Origin: Polyangiales bacterium
GTDB lineage: Bacteria > Myxococcota_A > Polyangia > Polyangiales > Polyangiaceae
Direction of reading: 5' to 3'
Length of the DNA: 64,000 nucleotides
Assembly: GCA_038231275.1 (NCBI GenBank)
Contig: JBBRLQ010000009.1
Coordinates: 186,199 to 250,198 of the forward strand
Of the stretch, positions 39,560 to 48,523 are shown in pieces (the stretch's first letter is position 1; every line of letters starts with the position of its first letter). Both the position numbers and the translations under genes were made by a program. The notes beneath the pieces are model-generated. The model ran no database searches. It had not been told where the DNA came from and saw only the letters and a list, made by a program, of their open reading frames with translations.

Positions 39560-40528
39560 CTAGACGGCGCGGACGCCGCGACGATAGCCGACCTTCGTCA
39601 GCGCTTCTTCGATGACGTGCTCGCGCGCCTTCATGTCGCTCTCGGCGTCCGCGGTCATGACGAGGCGGTGCGCGAGACAGTTCATCGCGACGGCGCGCAC
39701 GTCGTCGGGGACCATGAACGGCCGGCCGTTGATGAGTGCCCACGCCTTGCCGGCGTTGATGAGGCCGAGCGACGCGCGCGGGCTGCACCCGAGCGCGACG
39801 CGCGGGTGTGAGCGCGTGAACGTCGTGATCGAGACCGCGTAATCGTGCAGATCGTCCTCGACGTAGATGCGCTGCGCGATCCCCTGGAGCGCGACGACGT
39901 CGGTCGGGCTCAGGATTGCGCGCATCTGCGGCGGATCGACGGTGTGCGTCTTCAGCATCTGCGCTTCTTCGCGCGCGGTCGGGTACCCCATCGGCACGCG
40001 CACGAGGAAGCGGTCGATCTGCGCTTCGGGCAACGGGTACGTGCCCTCGAGATCAATCGGGTTCTGCGTCGCGAGGACGAGGAAGGGGAGGGGGAGCTCG
40101 AAGCGATCGCCTTCGATCGTGACCTGGCGCTCCTGCATCGCCTCGAGCAGCGCCGACTGGGTCTTCGCGGGCGCTCGGTTGATCTCGTCGGCGAGGACGA
40201 CGTTCGCGAAGATCGGTCCGGCGCGCAGCGTGAACGTGCCGTCCTTCGGGGACAGGACGTAGGTGCCGGTGATGTCGGCGGGGAGGAGATCCGGGGTGAA
40301 CTGGATGCGGCGGCTCATCATGCCGAGCGCCGTCGCGAACGCTTTTACGAGCGTCGTCTTCGCCACGCCGGGCACGCCTTCGAGCAGGACGTGGCCGCGC
40401 GCGAGGAGCGACGCCAGCATCATCTCGAGCGCCTTGCCCGAGCCGATGTACGTCCGCGAGACCTCTCGCCGGACGTCCTCGAGCCGCTCCCTGGCGGCGG
40501 CGATTTCGTTCGTCGCGACTGCGCTCAC
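39560..40528 (-). CDS. moxR: MoxR-family AAA+ ATPase
   Basis: LLEGVPGVAKT, RIQFTPDLLPADITG, LADEINRAPAKTQSALLEAMQE, ATQNPI, YPLPEAQIDRF, SPRA. Confidence 0.95.
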   Translation of the reverse strand: MSAVATNEIAAARERLEDVRREVSRTYIGSGKALEMMLASLLARGHVLLEGVPGVAKTTLVKAFATALGMMSRRIQFTPDLLPADITGTYVLSPKDGTFTLRAGPIFANVVLADEINRAPAKTQSALLEAMQERQVTIEGDRFELPLPFLVLATQNPIDLEGTYPLPEAQIDRFLVRVPMGYPTAREEAQMLKTHTVDPPQMRAILSPTDVVALQGIAQRIYVEDDLHDYAVSITTFTRSHPRVALGCSPRASLGLINAGKAWALINGRPFMVPDDVRAVAMNCLAHRLVMTADAESDMKAREHVIEEALTKVGYRRGVRAV

Positions 40529-41925
40529 ACGGAACCGCCGGCGTATTCCACGAATTTGTCCACGTTCTTCTTCATTACCGCCCGACCGCGGGCACTCCGC
40601 AAGATCTTCTTGATGGAGACCGCCATCTGGAGGACCTCGCGGTCCTTGATCGGCTGCGCGGTTGCCCCGATCGCCGCAAAAGCCGCCGCCGCGGCCTTAC
40701 CGCCCTGAGGCGCGGGCTGTTGGCTCAAGACCATCGTCTCGACCTGGGAGAGACGCAGCAAGATCGCCTTCAGCGCGCGGAGGCCCTCGGTGTCGAGGAG
40801 GGCGCGAGAGCTCAGCTGCACGAGAATGGCTTCGTGCCCCGGCATCCGGTCGATGCCGAGCACCGCGCAGAGATCCTCTTCGAGGGCGGCCTTCAGCTCG
40901 AGCATCGCCAGGACGCGCGACGTATGCGGCGCGCCGATGACCGCCGCGTGGCCTGCGACTCCTCCTTGCGCGAGGAGCGGTGCGCCGCGCGTGAACCGTG
41001 GCTGCACGGGCTTGTGCGTGCGCGCGGCGCGCGAGCCGACCCAGAGCACGATGCCGAAGCCCGCGATGACGGCGAAGACGTACGCCATCGTCGGAGAGAA
41101 GCCTTCCTTGCGGATCGCGGCCAGCGCGTCCTCGAGGTTTCTCAGGCGCTCGTGCCAGTCGTCGCCGAGGCTGTCGTCGCCGAACGCGCCGCGCTGCTCG
41201 AACGCGCCCGACACGATGTACAGCTTGCCGCTCGAGCGCTTGCCCCACGTGTCGTCGTCGGCGGCGTACTTCACGAGGCCGCGCGCGAACGCTTTGTTGC
41301 CGGGGTACCGCAGCATGTCGTTCATCACGATCGACGGATCGCCGACCGCGAGGAGGCGCCCCTGCCCGACCGCGCCGGCCACCGCGAGGAGGACGTCCGG
41401 CTCGTCGGCGCCGCGGATTTTCAGCACCGGCGACAGATCCGGGTGCTTGAGGCCGGTGGCGTGGTTCGTCACGACCTTCACGACGTCGTTGGCGACGGGA
41501 TGCGCGCTCGCCGGCTCCGCGATCGCGAACGCGGGGTTGTTGCGCAGCGCCTCGGCGGGTCGTCGTGGCGCGGCCACTCTTTCCATTTGAAAATGCGTGA
41601 GCAGCGCGTCGCCGGTGCCGTAGTCGTCGAGCAGGAGCACCCGCCCGCCGGCGCGCATGAAGCGTGCGAGGCTGTCGGTGTCGAGCGTGCGCTCGGGGTG
41701 CAAGAGAATGATCGAGTCCTCGCGCTTCAACGCGCGCAGGTCGAGCTGCCCGGTCGGCACCACACGCGCGGCCCCGATCTCGGCCTTGGCGAGCGCCACG
41801 AAATCGGTCGCGCCTTCCCAATCGCGCCCGCCGAGATCGAACGGCGTGGCCCACGCGACGGTCGCGACGAAGAGCGTCGACAACGCAGCGACGAGGGACC
41901 ACATCCGTTTGGGCGCACGCGGCAT
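40525..41925 (-). CDS. DUF4350-like secreted/membrane protein
   Basis: Signal peptide; FMRAGGRVLLLDD; GQGRLLAVGDPSIVMN; C-terminal TM; directly upstream of moxR. Confidence 0.7.
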   Translation of the reverse strand: MPRAPKRMWSLVAALSTLFVATVAWATPFDLGGRDWEGATDFVALAKAEIGAARVVPTGQLDLRALKREDSIILLHPERTLDTDSLARFMRAGGRVLLLDDYGTGDALLTHFQMERVAAPRRPAEALRNNPAFAIAEPASAHPVANDVVKVVTNHATGLKHPDLSPVLKIRGADEPDVLLAVAGAVGQGRLLAVGDPSIVMNDMLRYPGNKAFARGLVKYAADDDTWGKRSSGKLYIVSGAFEQRGAFGDDSLGDDWHERLRNLEDALAAIRKEGFSPTMAYVFAVIAGFGIVLWVGSRAARTHKPVQPRFTRGAPLLAQGGVAGHAAVIGAPHTSRVLAMLELKAALEEDLCAVLGIDRMPGHEAILVQLSSRALLDTEGLRALKAILLRLSQVETMVLSQQPAPQGGKAAAAAFAAIGATAQPIKDREVLQMAVSIKKILRSARGRAVMKKNVDKFVEYAGGSV

Positions 41926-42033
41926 CGAACTCAACGTGTAGGTAAATTGAAGCAGAATGAGAGCCCGCTCACTTAAAGAAAGTAGCCCGGGCGACGTTCA
42001 AAGTCTTAGAATCAAGGAGTGAGAGTAGTGGGC

Positions 42034-42075
42034 TGACGCAGCGTCACTTGACCCCCGCAAGCCCATTGCTAGCTT
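42034..42075 (+). promoter_or_regulatory. Sigma70-type promoter with an adjacent palindromic operator
   Basis: TGACGC-A-GCGTCA (42034-42046) one base before TTGACC (42048-42053), then 16 nt to TAGCTT (42070-42075) with a TGn extension. Confidence 0.55.
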
Positions 42076-42145
42076 CCCAGTAAGACGAGAGAAGGCCATC
42101 CACCTTACCCGCGCTTACTGCCTTGGGTGCAAAAAGGAGAACCTC

Positions 42146-42319
42146 ATGCTCCCCCCGTTCATCATCGAACAAATCAGAAAGCGGGAGCAAGAGGAGGAGG
42201 CTCGTCATGAGCAGCCGCAGCTCGAGCTCCCCCTACCCCCGCGGCGTGAGCCGATGAAGCGGGAGCTCGAGGACGAGCCCAAGAGGGGCGTCATCATCCT
42301 GGACCTTCTCGGCGACTGA
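42146..42319 (+). CDS. Small 57-aa protein absent from the ORF track
   Basis: AAAAGGAGA RBS, ATG 42146, TGA 42317-42319; MLPPFIIEQIRKREQEEEARHEQPQLELPLPPRREPMKRELEDEPKRGVIILDLLGD. Confidence 0.75.
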   Translation: MLPPFIIEQIRKREQEEEARHEQPQLELPLPPRREPMKRELEDEPKRGVIILDLLGD

Positions 42320-43076
42320 CCGCGAACGGGCCGAACGCCTGCTGGACCGGCATCACCTCGATCGCGTTGACGACGATGTGCGCAGGGAGCTTGAGCACCG
42401 ACTCGGCAACCAGCGCGACGTCGTCGGCCGAGAGGGGGCGCATTCCGGCGTAGACCTTCGCGGCGGCCTCGCGATCGCCCCCGAAGCGCACCAGCGAGAA
42501 CTCGGTCTCGCACATGCCGGGCTCGATCGCCGTCACGCGGACCGCGGTGCCCAAGAGATCGGCGCGTAGGGCGAGCGAGAATTGGCGGACGAACGCCTTG
42601 GTCGCGGCGTACGCGTTGCCTCCAGGGTAGGGGTACGAGGCGGCGACCGAGCCCATGTTGAGGACGTCGCCGCGGTTGCGCCGGACCATCCCCGGGAGCA
42701 CGGCCCGGGTGACGCGCGCGAGGGCGGTCACGTTCGTGGCGATCATGGTCTCCCAATCGCTCCACTTCGCCTCGTGCGCCTTGCCGAGGCCGAGCGCGAG
42801 TCCGGCGCCGTTGAAGAGGACGTCGATCGCCTCGAACTCCGCCGGAAGCGCGGCGAGCGTGGCGTGGACCTGCGTGTCGTCCTGCACGTCCATGACGCGC
42901 GTGAGCAGCCGCTCGCTCTTGGTCTCTTCTTCCAGGGCGCGCAGCCGATCGGCGCGGCGCCCCACTGCGATCACTCGCCCCTCTGCCGCCAAGAGGCGAC
43001 GCGCCACCGCCGCCCCGAACCCCGACGTCGCCCCGGTCACCAGGGCCACGCGCCCTTTCGCCCAACCGCTTTGCAT
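42294..43076 (-). CDS. SDR oxidoreductase, YdfG-like NADP-dependent 3-hydroxy acid dehydrogenase
   Basis: TGATSGFG, GRR, AGLALG, YPYPGGNAYAATK, IEPG..ETEFSLVRF. Confidence 0.9.
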   Translation of the reverse strand: MQSGWAKGRVALVTGATSGFGAAVARRLLAAEGRVIAVGRRADRLRALEEETKSERLLTRVMDVQDDTQVHATLAALPAEFEAIDVLFNGAGLALGLGKAHEAKWSDWETMIATNVTALARVTRAVLPGMVRRNRGDVLNMGSVAASYPYPGGNAYAATKAFVRQFSLALRADLLGTAVRVTAIEPGMCETEFSLVRFGGDREAAAKVYAGMRPLSADDVALVAESVLKLPAHIVVNAIEVMPVQQAFGPFAVSRREGPG

Positions 43077-43087
43077 GTCGCGGATTT

Positions 43088-43123
43088 TAGAGCAAGCGTC
43101 GTTGCTACGTAACGCTTGCTCTA
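43088..43123. promoter_or_regulatory. Perfect 12-bp inverted repeat in a divergent intergenic region
   Basis: TAGAGCAAGCGT-N12-ACGCTTGCTCTA. Confidence 0.6.
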
Positions 43124-43223
43124 TGGTTTCAGGTGGCCGCTCAAGTCGTGTGCCCTTCAGGTGGGTCGCTCGCAAACCCGTGTGGACACCTCCCCCGCGT
43201 GTGACTAGGCTCCGCCCCCGTAA

Positions 43224-45035
43224 ATGAGATTGCTTGGGATTTCGCTGTCGCTGGGGGTCTTGACCACCTGCGCGGCGGCGGGGTGCTACTCCACCGGAGA
43301 CGGCACGTCACCCCCGCCGAAACAGATCTATTTTCCGGTCGGCCTCGCCGTGTCGCGCGGGGGCAACGTCCTCTACATCGCGAACTCGGATTTCGACCTC
43401 CAGTGGAACGGCGGGACGGTGCAGTCGTACGATCTGCACCGCATCCGCGAGGACGCCGCGCGCACGATCAACGATCCGAACGATCCCAACCTCGCGCCGA
43501 TTCGTCCGCCCACCGGCGTGTCGTGCGACGACACGACCCAGAACCCGCCGATCTACAGGACCGACGGCTCCGGCCGGCGCCAGCCGCTCGGCGAGACGTG
43601 CGCGCCGCCGATCGACGCGTCGATCTACGTACGCGACTCCGTGACGATCGGCGCGTTCGCGACCGATCTCCAGCTCGCCAAGCCGCGGTCGGTCTGCGTC
43701 CCCGACGCGTCGTCAGGCTTCTTTGCCGGGTGCAGCGATCTCACGTGCGCCGTCGGCTCCCACTGCGAGCGCGCGGGCGGCTCCGATCGCGCCTTCATCC
43801 CCGTGCGCGGCGACGCGTCGCTCACGTGGGCGGACATCGTGCAGGACGATCCGACGACCTCTCCTCAGGTCACGGACACGGTCGACACGTACGCGCCGTT
43901 CCGTATCGACTGCGGCACGCGCACCAACGGGCGCTGCGACGCCGGCCATCACGCGGGCAACAGCCCGACCGAGCCGGGGAACTCGCGTCAGATCACGATG
44001 CCCGGCGAGCCCTTCGGGATGGCGCAGAGCGAGGACGGCACGCTCATCACGATCACGCACCAGACCGACACGAAGGTCAGCCTCTTCTCGACGGGCCTCG
44101 ACGCGGTGCGCGCGCAGCCGTCGCTGCAGTTCGTGCTCGACGGCGTCGCGGGGGGAGGCAATGGCATCGTCGCGATCCCGCACGATCCGACGGCGTTCGA
44201 TCCGTCGCAGGTGCCGCACCCGGCGTTCCTCGAGACGAGCCGCTCGTCGACCGACATCTCGCTCCTCCGCTTCTATGGCGACGAGGGCTACACCGTCCCG
44301 CAGTCCGGCGGCCAGGTGGGGCCGCGCCCATTCCTCGTCAAAGAGGGCGTGTTCACGCTGAGCGCGAACGCGGGCGGCACCGACTCGCGCGGCATCGCGA
44401 TCGATCCGACGCCGCGCATCGTCTGCAAGTCGCTCGTGAAGCCGGCCGGCCCCGGGAGGCCGCAGACCGACGTTCAGCGCGAGCTCGTGAACTGCGCGCG
44501 TCTTCCCGCGCGCGTGTACTTCGCGAACCGCAGCCCCGCGTCGATCATCGTCGCAGAGATCGGCGAGCCCAGCGCGTCGGGCGACGGCACCTACGACTCC
44601 GATCGGCTCCAGGTCTTCGGGAACATCCCGCTGTCGTTCGGCCCGTCGAAGCTCTTCTTCGGCCCGATCATCGACACCGACGGCAACTTCGCGCTCCGGC
44701 TCTTCGTCGTGTGCTTCGATTCGGCTGCGGTGTTCATCATCGATCCGGTCACCAACGCCATCGAGAACATCCTTCGCGTCGGACCCGGTCCGTTCGCGCT
44801 CACGTTCGATCCCTTCGATCTGGAGGAGGTCGCCCTTCGCCGCAAGGTCCCGTTCGATCCGCGTGAGCCGGACGCGGCCCTCGAGCTGAAACGTTACCGC
44901 TTCGGGTACCTCGCGAGCTTCACGCAGTCGTACGTCCAGGTCATCGACCTCGACAACAGCCGCCCGAAGAAGGACACCTTCGAGAAGGTCATCTTCACGT
45001 TGGGTGGCCCGGCGATCCCGAAGGGCTCGCAATGA
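43224..45035 (+). CDS. Cys-containing lipoprotein, probable beta-propeller
   Basis: Lipobox AAGC; FPVGLAVS..LYIANSDFDL; repeats such as SRGIAID and VGPGPFAL. Confidence 0.75.
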   Translation: MRLLGISLSLGVLTTCAAAGCYSTGDGTSPPPKQIYFPVGLAVSRGGNVLYIANSDFDLQWNGGTVQSYDLHRIREDAARTINDPNDPNLAPIRPPTGVSCDDTTQNPPIYRTDGSGRRQPLGETCAPPIDASIYVRDSVTIGAFATDLQLAKPRSVCVPDASSGFFAGCSDLTCAVGSHCERAGGSDRAFIPVRGDASLTWADIVQDDPTTSPQVTDTVDTYAPFRIDCGTRTNGRCDAGHHAGNSPTEPGNSRQITMPGEPFGMAQSEDGTLITITHQTDTKVSLFSTGLDAVRAQPSLQFVLDGVAGGGNGIVAIPHDPTAFDPSQVPHPAFLETSRSSTDISLLRFYGDEGYTVPQSGGQVGPRPFLVKEGVFTLSANAGGTDSRGIAIDPTPRIVCKSLVKPAGPGRPQTDVQRELVNCARLPARVYFANRSPASIIVAEIGEPSASGDGTYDSDRLQVFGNIPLSFGPSKLFFGPIIDTDGNFALRLFVVCFDSAAVFIIDPVTNAIENILRVGPGPFALTFDPFDLEEVALRRKVPFDPREPDAALELKRYRFGYLASFTQSYVQVIDLDNSRPKKDTFEKVIFTLGGPAIPKGSQ

Positions 45036-48000
45036 AGCGGGCGCTTTGGGCGGTCGTCGGCGCGTGCGCGCTGCTGGCAGGCGGCGCCGGCGGGACGACG
45101 AGCTGCGCGCAGTCCGCGACGAACGTCGCCGTGCGCACCTTCGAGCGGGCGCAGCGCGTCGACGTCGTGTGCATGCGCGTCTTCGCGCCCGATCCGAGCA
45201 ACCCCGCCCTGCACGTGCCGATCAAGGCCGAGCCGCAGCCGCAAGCGCAGTGCGCGCCGGTGCCGGCGGGCGTGGACGGGTCGACGCTCGACTACCACCT
45301 CTACGCGCTCGTCACGCAGACCGCGCGCGGCGAGGTCGCCGTGGTCGATCTCACCGCCGGCTACGTCATCGACGGCGATCACTCGACGCCGGGGATCAAC
45401 TTCATCCCGGTCGGCGCGATTCCAACCGACGTCGCGGTCGCACCCGACGGGCAGCTCGCGTACGTCGCCGCCGCCGAGGTGAACAAGCCGGCGATTTATG
45501 CGATCGCCAGCCGCAACATCCTCGGCGACTCGCAGGTCACGGCCGGTCTCGCGGTGGGGGACGCGCCGCCGCCGCCGACGCTGCCTGCGCTTCCGGTATG
45601 CCAGCTCGATCAGGCACCGGGCTCGATGGTCGTCATTCCGCACGTCGACACGAGCGACGCCGGCGCCGCGTCCACCTACGAGATCGCGGTGGTCCTTCCG
45701 GGGGACGGCGCGGGGCGCAAGGCGCGCGTGGTGACGATCGATCCGCTCCCGTTCGTGCGTGGCGCGGGTCTCGACGGTACGCCCGGTACGACGTACGCGC
45801 CCGGCGCGCTCTCCAAGTGCGTCGTGACCTCCGACACGACGCTCGACGATCCGAGCCCGGTGCCGACGCCCGCGGTGACGGGCGCGTCGTGGGGCGACGG
45901 CGTCAAGTACCCCGGCGCGGCTCCCGAGGCGCCTCCGTTTCCACACCTCTGCGCGGGCGGCCCCGACGGCGGCACCTTCGACGCCGGCGCGCCGGACGGT
46001 GGCGGGACCGATGGCGGAGCGAGCGACGGCGGTGTCGTGGAGGCGGGCGTGTTCGACGCCGGCGCCCCGGTCGACGCCGGGCCCGACGCGGACGATGCCG
46101 GTCCCCTCGATTTCGGGCCAGGAAATCACCCGCACGGCAGCTCCGCTGCGCGCGACGGCACCACTCTCTACGTCGGCGATGACGGTCTCCCGCTCATCCA
46201 CGTGCTCGATCTCTCGAAGGTTGGCAGCCCGCGCGAGCTCCCGCCGCTCGTGGCGACGAGCGCGCTCGACTCGCTCCGCAGGGTCTCGGTGGGCGACATC
46301 GCGGTGAGCCCGACGACGAGCGACTACAAGAAGTACCTCTACGCCGTCGACAAGAGGGAGGGCAGCATCATCGTCTTCGACGTGACCGAGCTGACGACGG
46401 AGCCGCGCGGCCCGCTCGTCCGCCCGCACGCCGAGGTGAACCCCTTCCAGGCGCCCGATCGCATCATCTTCAACGCGCCCGTCGCGACCGTCTCGTTCGT
46501 TCGGCACGATTTCCCGCTGACGCACGTGTGCGACAGCCCCGTCAGCAACGCGCGCGGCGGGCTCTTCTGCAACCCGAGCGCGAACGCGGGACCGAACGTC
46601 GGTGAGCCGGCGAGCGATCAGGGCGCGGGGATGTGCTACCGCGCGAACATCTCGACGAGCGACGTGCCGATCCTCGGGCCGACGCGGCTGCGCGGTATCT
46701 TCGGCTTCGTGACGCTGTCGAACGGCAATATGGTCGCCATCGACGTCGACGACTGGGACGCGCCCTGCCGCCGTCCCGATCCCATGGACACCGCGAATCC
46801 GCCGAACGCGTTCGCGCCGCCGGAGCCCGCCGCCTCGGGGCCAAACGATCTGGATCCCTACCACGTCCCCTCCGCGTTCTGCAGCGCGGCGAAGGACGAC
46901 ACGGCGAGATGCGCCACGCCCGACACGACCGCGAAGGTGTCGCAGGAGTTCTTCTTCCCGGTGAGCGCCCCCAACCGGCCGCGCTCGCTGTATTTCGTGC
47001 GCACCGATCCCAAGACCGGCGTGCACTCGCCGCAGTTGAACGGGCTGCCGCAGCTGTTCTCGCAGAACAGCGCGTTGTCGACGGTGGGCGCGGGCGCCAA
47101 GGCGAACCCGCTCCTCCTCCCGACGGCGACGACGCTCGCCGATCCGTCGCTCGCCAAGACCCCTGCGGCGCCCGATCCGGCGAACCGCGGGATCCCGGCG
47201 GCGCCGACGAACATCCCCGACGGCACGTCGCTCCCCGGCGTTCGTTTCTCGTGGGAGGAGCCGCAGGTCCACATCGATCAAGACTGGTCAGTGACGTACG
47301 AAGGGCCGATCCCGGCGTTCGACGGCAAGTCGCTCGCGACCAACATCGAGACGACGGACGGCTACCAGACTCTCCTCTTGCCGAACACGAGCGCGCTCTT
47401 CTGCCGCAAGGGCGTCGAGGACTACCGAATCGGCTCGGCGCGCGCGGCCGCGATCTCGGCGGAGATGAAGTCGCGCGGCATCACGCCGCCGCCGGCCCTC
47501 GCGTCCACGCTGGTGGACTACGTGCAGCTCACCGATGACATCCTCGATCCGGGCGACCCGTACTGGGCCGAGAAGAACAACGAGTGCTGGTCGGACGATC
47601 TCGCGAACGCGTCGCCGCAGGCGCGTCACGACGCGTGCTCGAGCCAGTTCGGGGGGATCAGCGATCCGACCGCGCTGAGCGCGTGGCGCGATTTCCCGAT
47701 CCTCGAGGCCAACGACGATCGACTCGTCCTCGGGCGCTACGCGTACGATGGGCCGGTCCTGCCGACGAACCGCTCCATCGTGAAGAGCGATCCTTCGAAC
47801 GTCGACACGCTGAAGCGCATGCGGTGCTGCTTCCACCACCAGGTGCGCTTCCAGGTGCGGACGGGCGGCACGTGGGTGACCGTCGGCTCCAACGTGGGGT
47901 TCCTCCACCGCGTCACCACCGACCCTTCGGGCGCGTGCGTATTGTCCTGCGACTCGCGCGAGGCGCTCCTCTCTTCGCGCGCGCCCGCTGTGCCCGCGTT

Positions 48001-48349
48001 CGAGATCGGGCCGGGCTCGTCGGCGCCGGGGCGCAACAGCCTCCTCGCGATGCGAAACCCGGCGTTCTCGTTCGTCGTGTGGAACGGGATAGGCACGAGG
48101 AAGGACGACCGGGGCAACGCGATCCCGGCAGACATCACGCCGGTCCGCGATCTGCTGTGGAAATTCACGACGCGCGGGCAGTTCTCGCCGCTCGTCATCA
48201 ACATCGCGTCGTCCACCACGGCGGTGAGCCCGCAGTCGATGCACTTCATCGACTCGCTCGGCCAGCTCGCGCTCGTCGACGGCGCATCGCAGGGCCTCGT
48301 GCTCATAGACCTGAACACCGTCACCCTCGCGCATACGCCTTTCTTCTGA
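45032..48349 (+). CDS. Large (1105 aa) Cys-containing lipoprotein with an N-terminal beta-propeller-like region
   Basis: Signal ending TTSC; VGAIPTDVAVAPDG..AYV; DGG/DAG linker; ATGA overlap with the upstream gene. Confidence 0.75.
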   Translation: MKRALWAVVGACALLAGGAGGTTSCAQSATNVAVRTFERAQRVDVVCMRVFAPDPSNPALHVPIKAEPQPQAQCAPVPAGVDGSTLDYHLYALVTQTARGEVAVVDLTAGYVIDGDHSTPGINFIPVGAIPTDVAVAPDGQLAYVAAAEVNKPAIYAIASRNILGDSQVTAGLAVGDAPPPPTLPALPVCQLDQAPGSMVVIPHVDTSDAGAASTYEIAVVLPGDGAGRKARVVTIDPLPFVRGAGLDGTPGTTYAPGALSKCVVTSDTTLDDPSPVPTPAVTGASWGDGVKYPGAAPEAPPFPHLCAGGPDGGTFDAGAPDGGGTDGGASDGGVVEAGVFDAGAPVDAGPDADDAGPLDFGPGNHPHGSSAARDGTTLYVGDDGLPLIHVLDLSKVGSPRELPPLVATSALDSLRRVSVGDIAVSPTTSDYKKYLYAVDKREGSIIVFDVTELTTEPRGPLVRPHAEVNPFQAPDRIIFNAPVATVSFVRHDFPLTHVCDSPVSNARGGLFCNPSANAGPNVGEPASDQGAGMCYRANISTSDVPILGPTRLRGIFGFVTLSNGNMVAIDVDDWDAPCRRPDPMDTANPPNAFAPPEPAASGPNDLDPYHVPSAFCSAAKDDTARCATPDTTAKVSQEFFFPVSAPNRPRSLYFVRTDPKTGVHSPQLNGLPQLFSQNSALSTVGAGAKANPLLLPTATTLADPSLAKTPAAPDPANRGIPAAPTNIPDGTSLPGVRFSWEEPQVHIDQDWSVTYEGPIPAFDGKSLATNIETTDGYQTLLLPNTSALFCRKGVEDYRIGSARAAAISAEMKSRGITPPPALASTLVDYVQLTDDILDPGDPYWAEKNNECWSDDLANASPQARHDACSSQFGGISDPTALSAWRDFPILEANDDRLVLGRYAYDGPVLPTNRSIVKSDPSNVDTLKRMRCCFHHQVRFQVRTGGTWVTVGSNVGFLHRVTTDPSGACVLSCDSREALLSSRAPAVPAFEIGPGSSAPGRNSLLAMRNPAFSFVVWNGIGTRKDDRGNAIPADITPVRDLLWKFTTRGQFSPLVINIASSTTAVSPQSMHFIDSLGQLALVDGASQGLVLIDLNTVTLAHTPFF

Positions 48350-48369
48350 CCGCGGACGGTCAGAAGAAA
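48340..48369. terminator. 13-bp hairpin spanning the stop codon
   Basis: TTTCTTCTGACCG-CGGA-CGGTCAGAAGAAA; no clear U-tract on the + strand. Confidence 0.5.
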
Positions 48370-48523
48370 CGAAGCCTTCGTTCGTGTGGTGCTGGCGCCC
48401 CCTCCACGGCCTCGCCGCGGAGGCCTCCCCGCATCGCCTTCGGCGAAGTCGTGCGTTGCACGACGGCGCGCTGGAACGTGGCGGTGGGTGGAATTTTGGG
48501 GGCGGGTGGCCTAAGGAAAAGCG

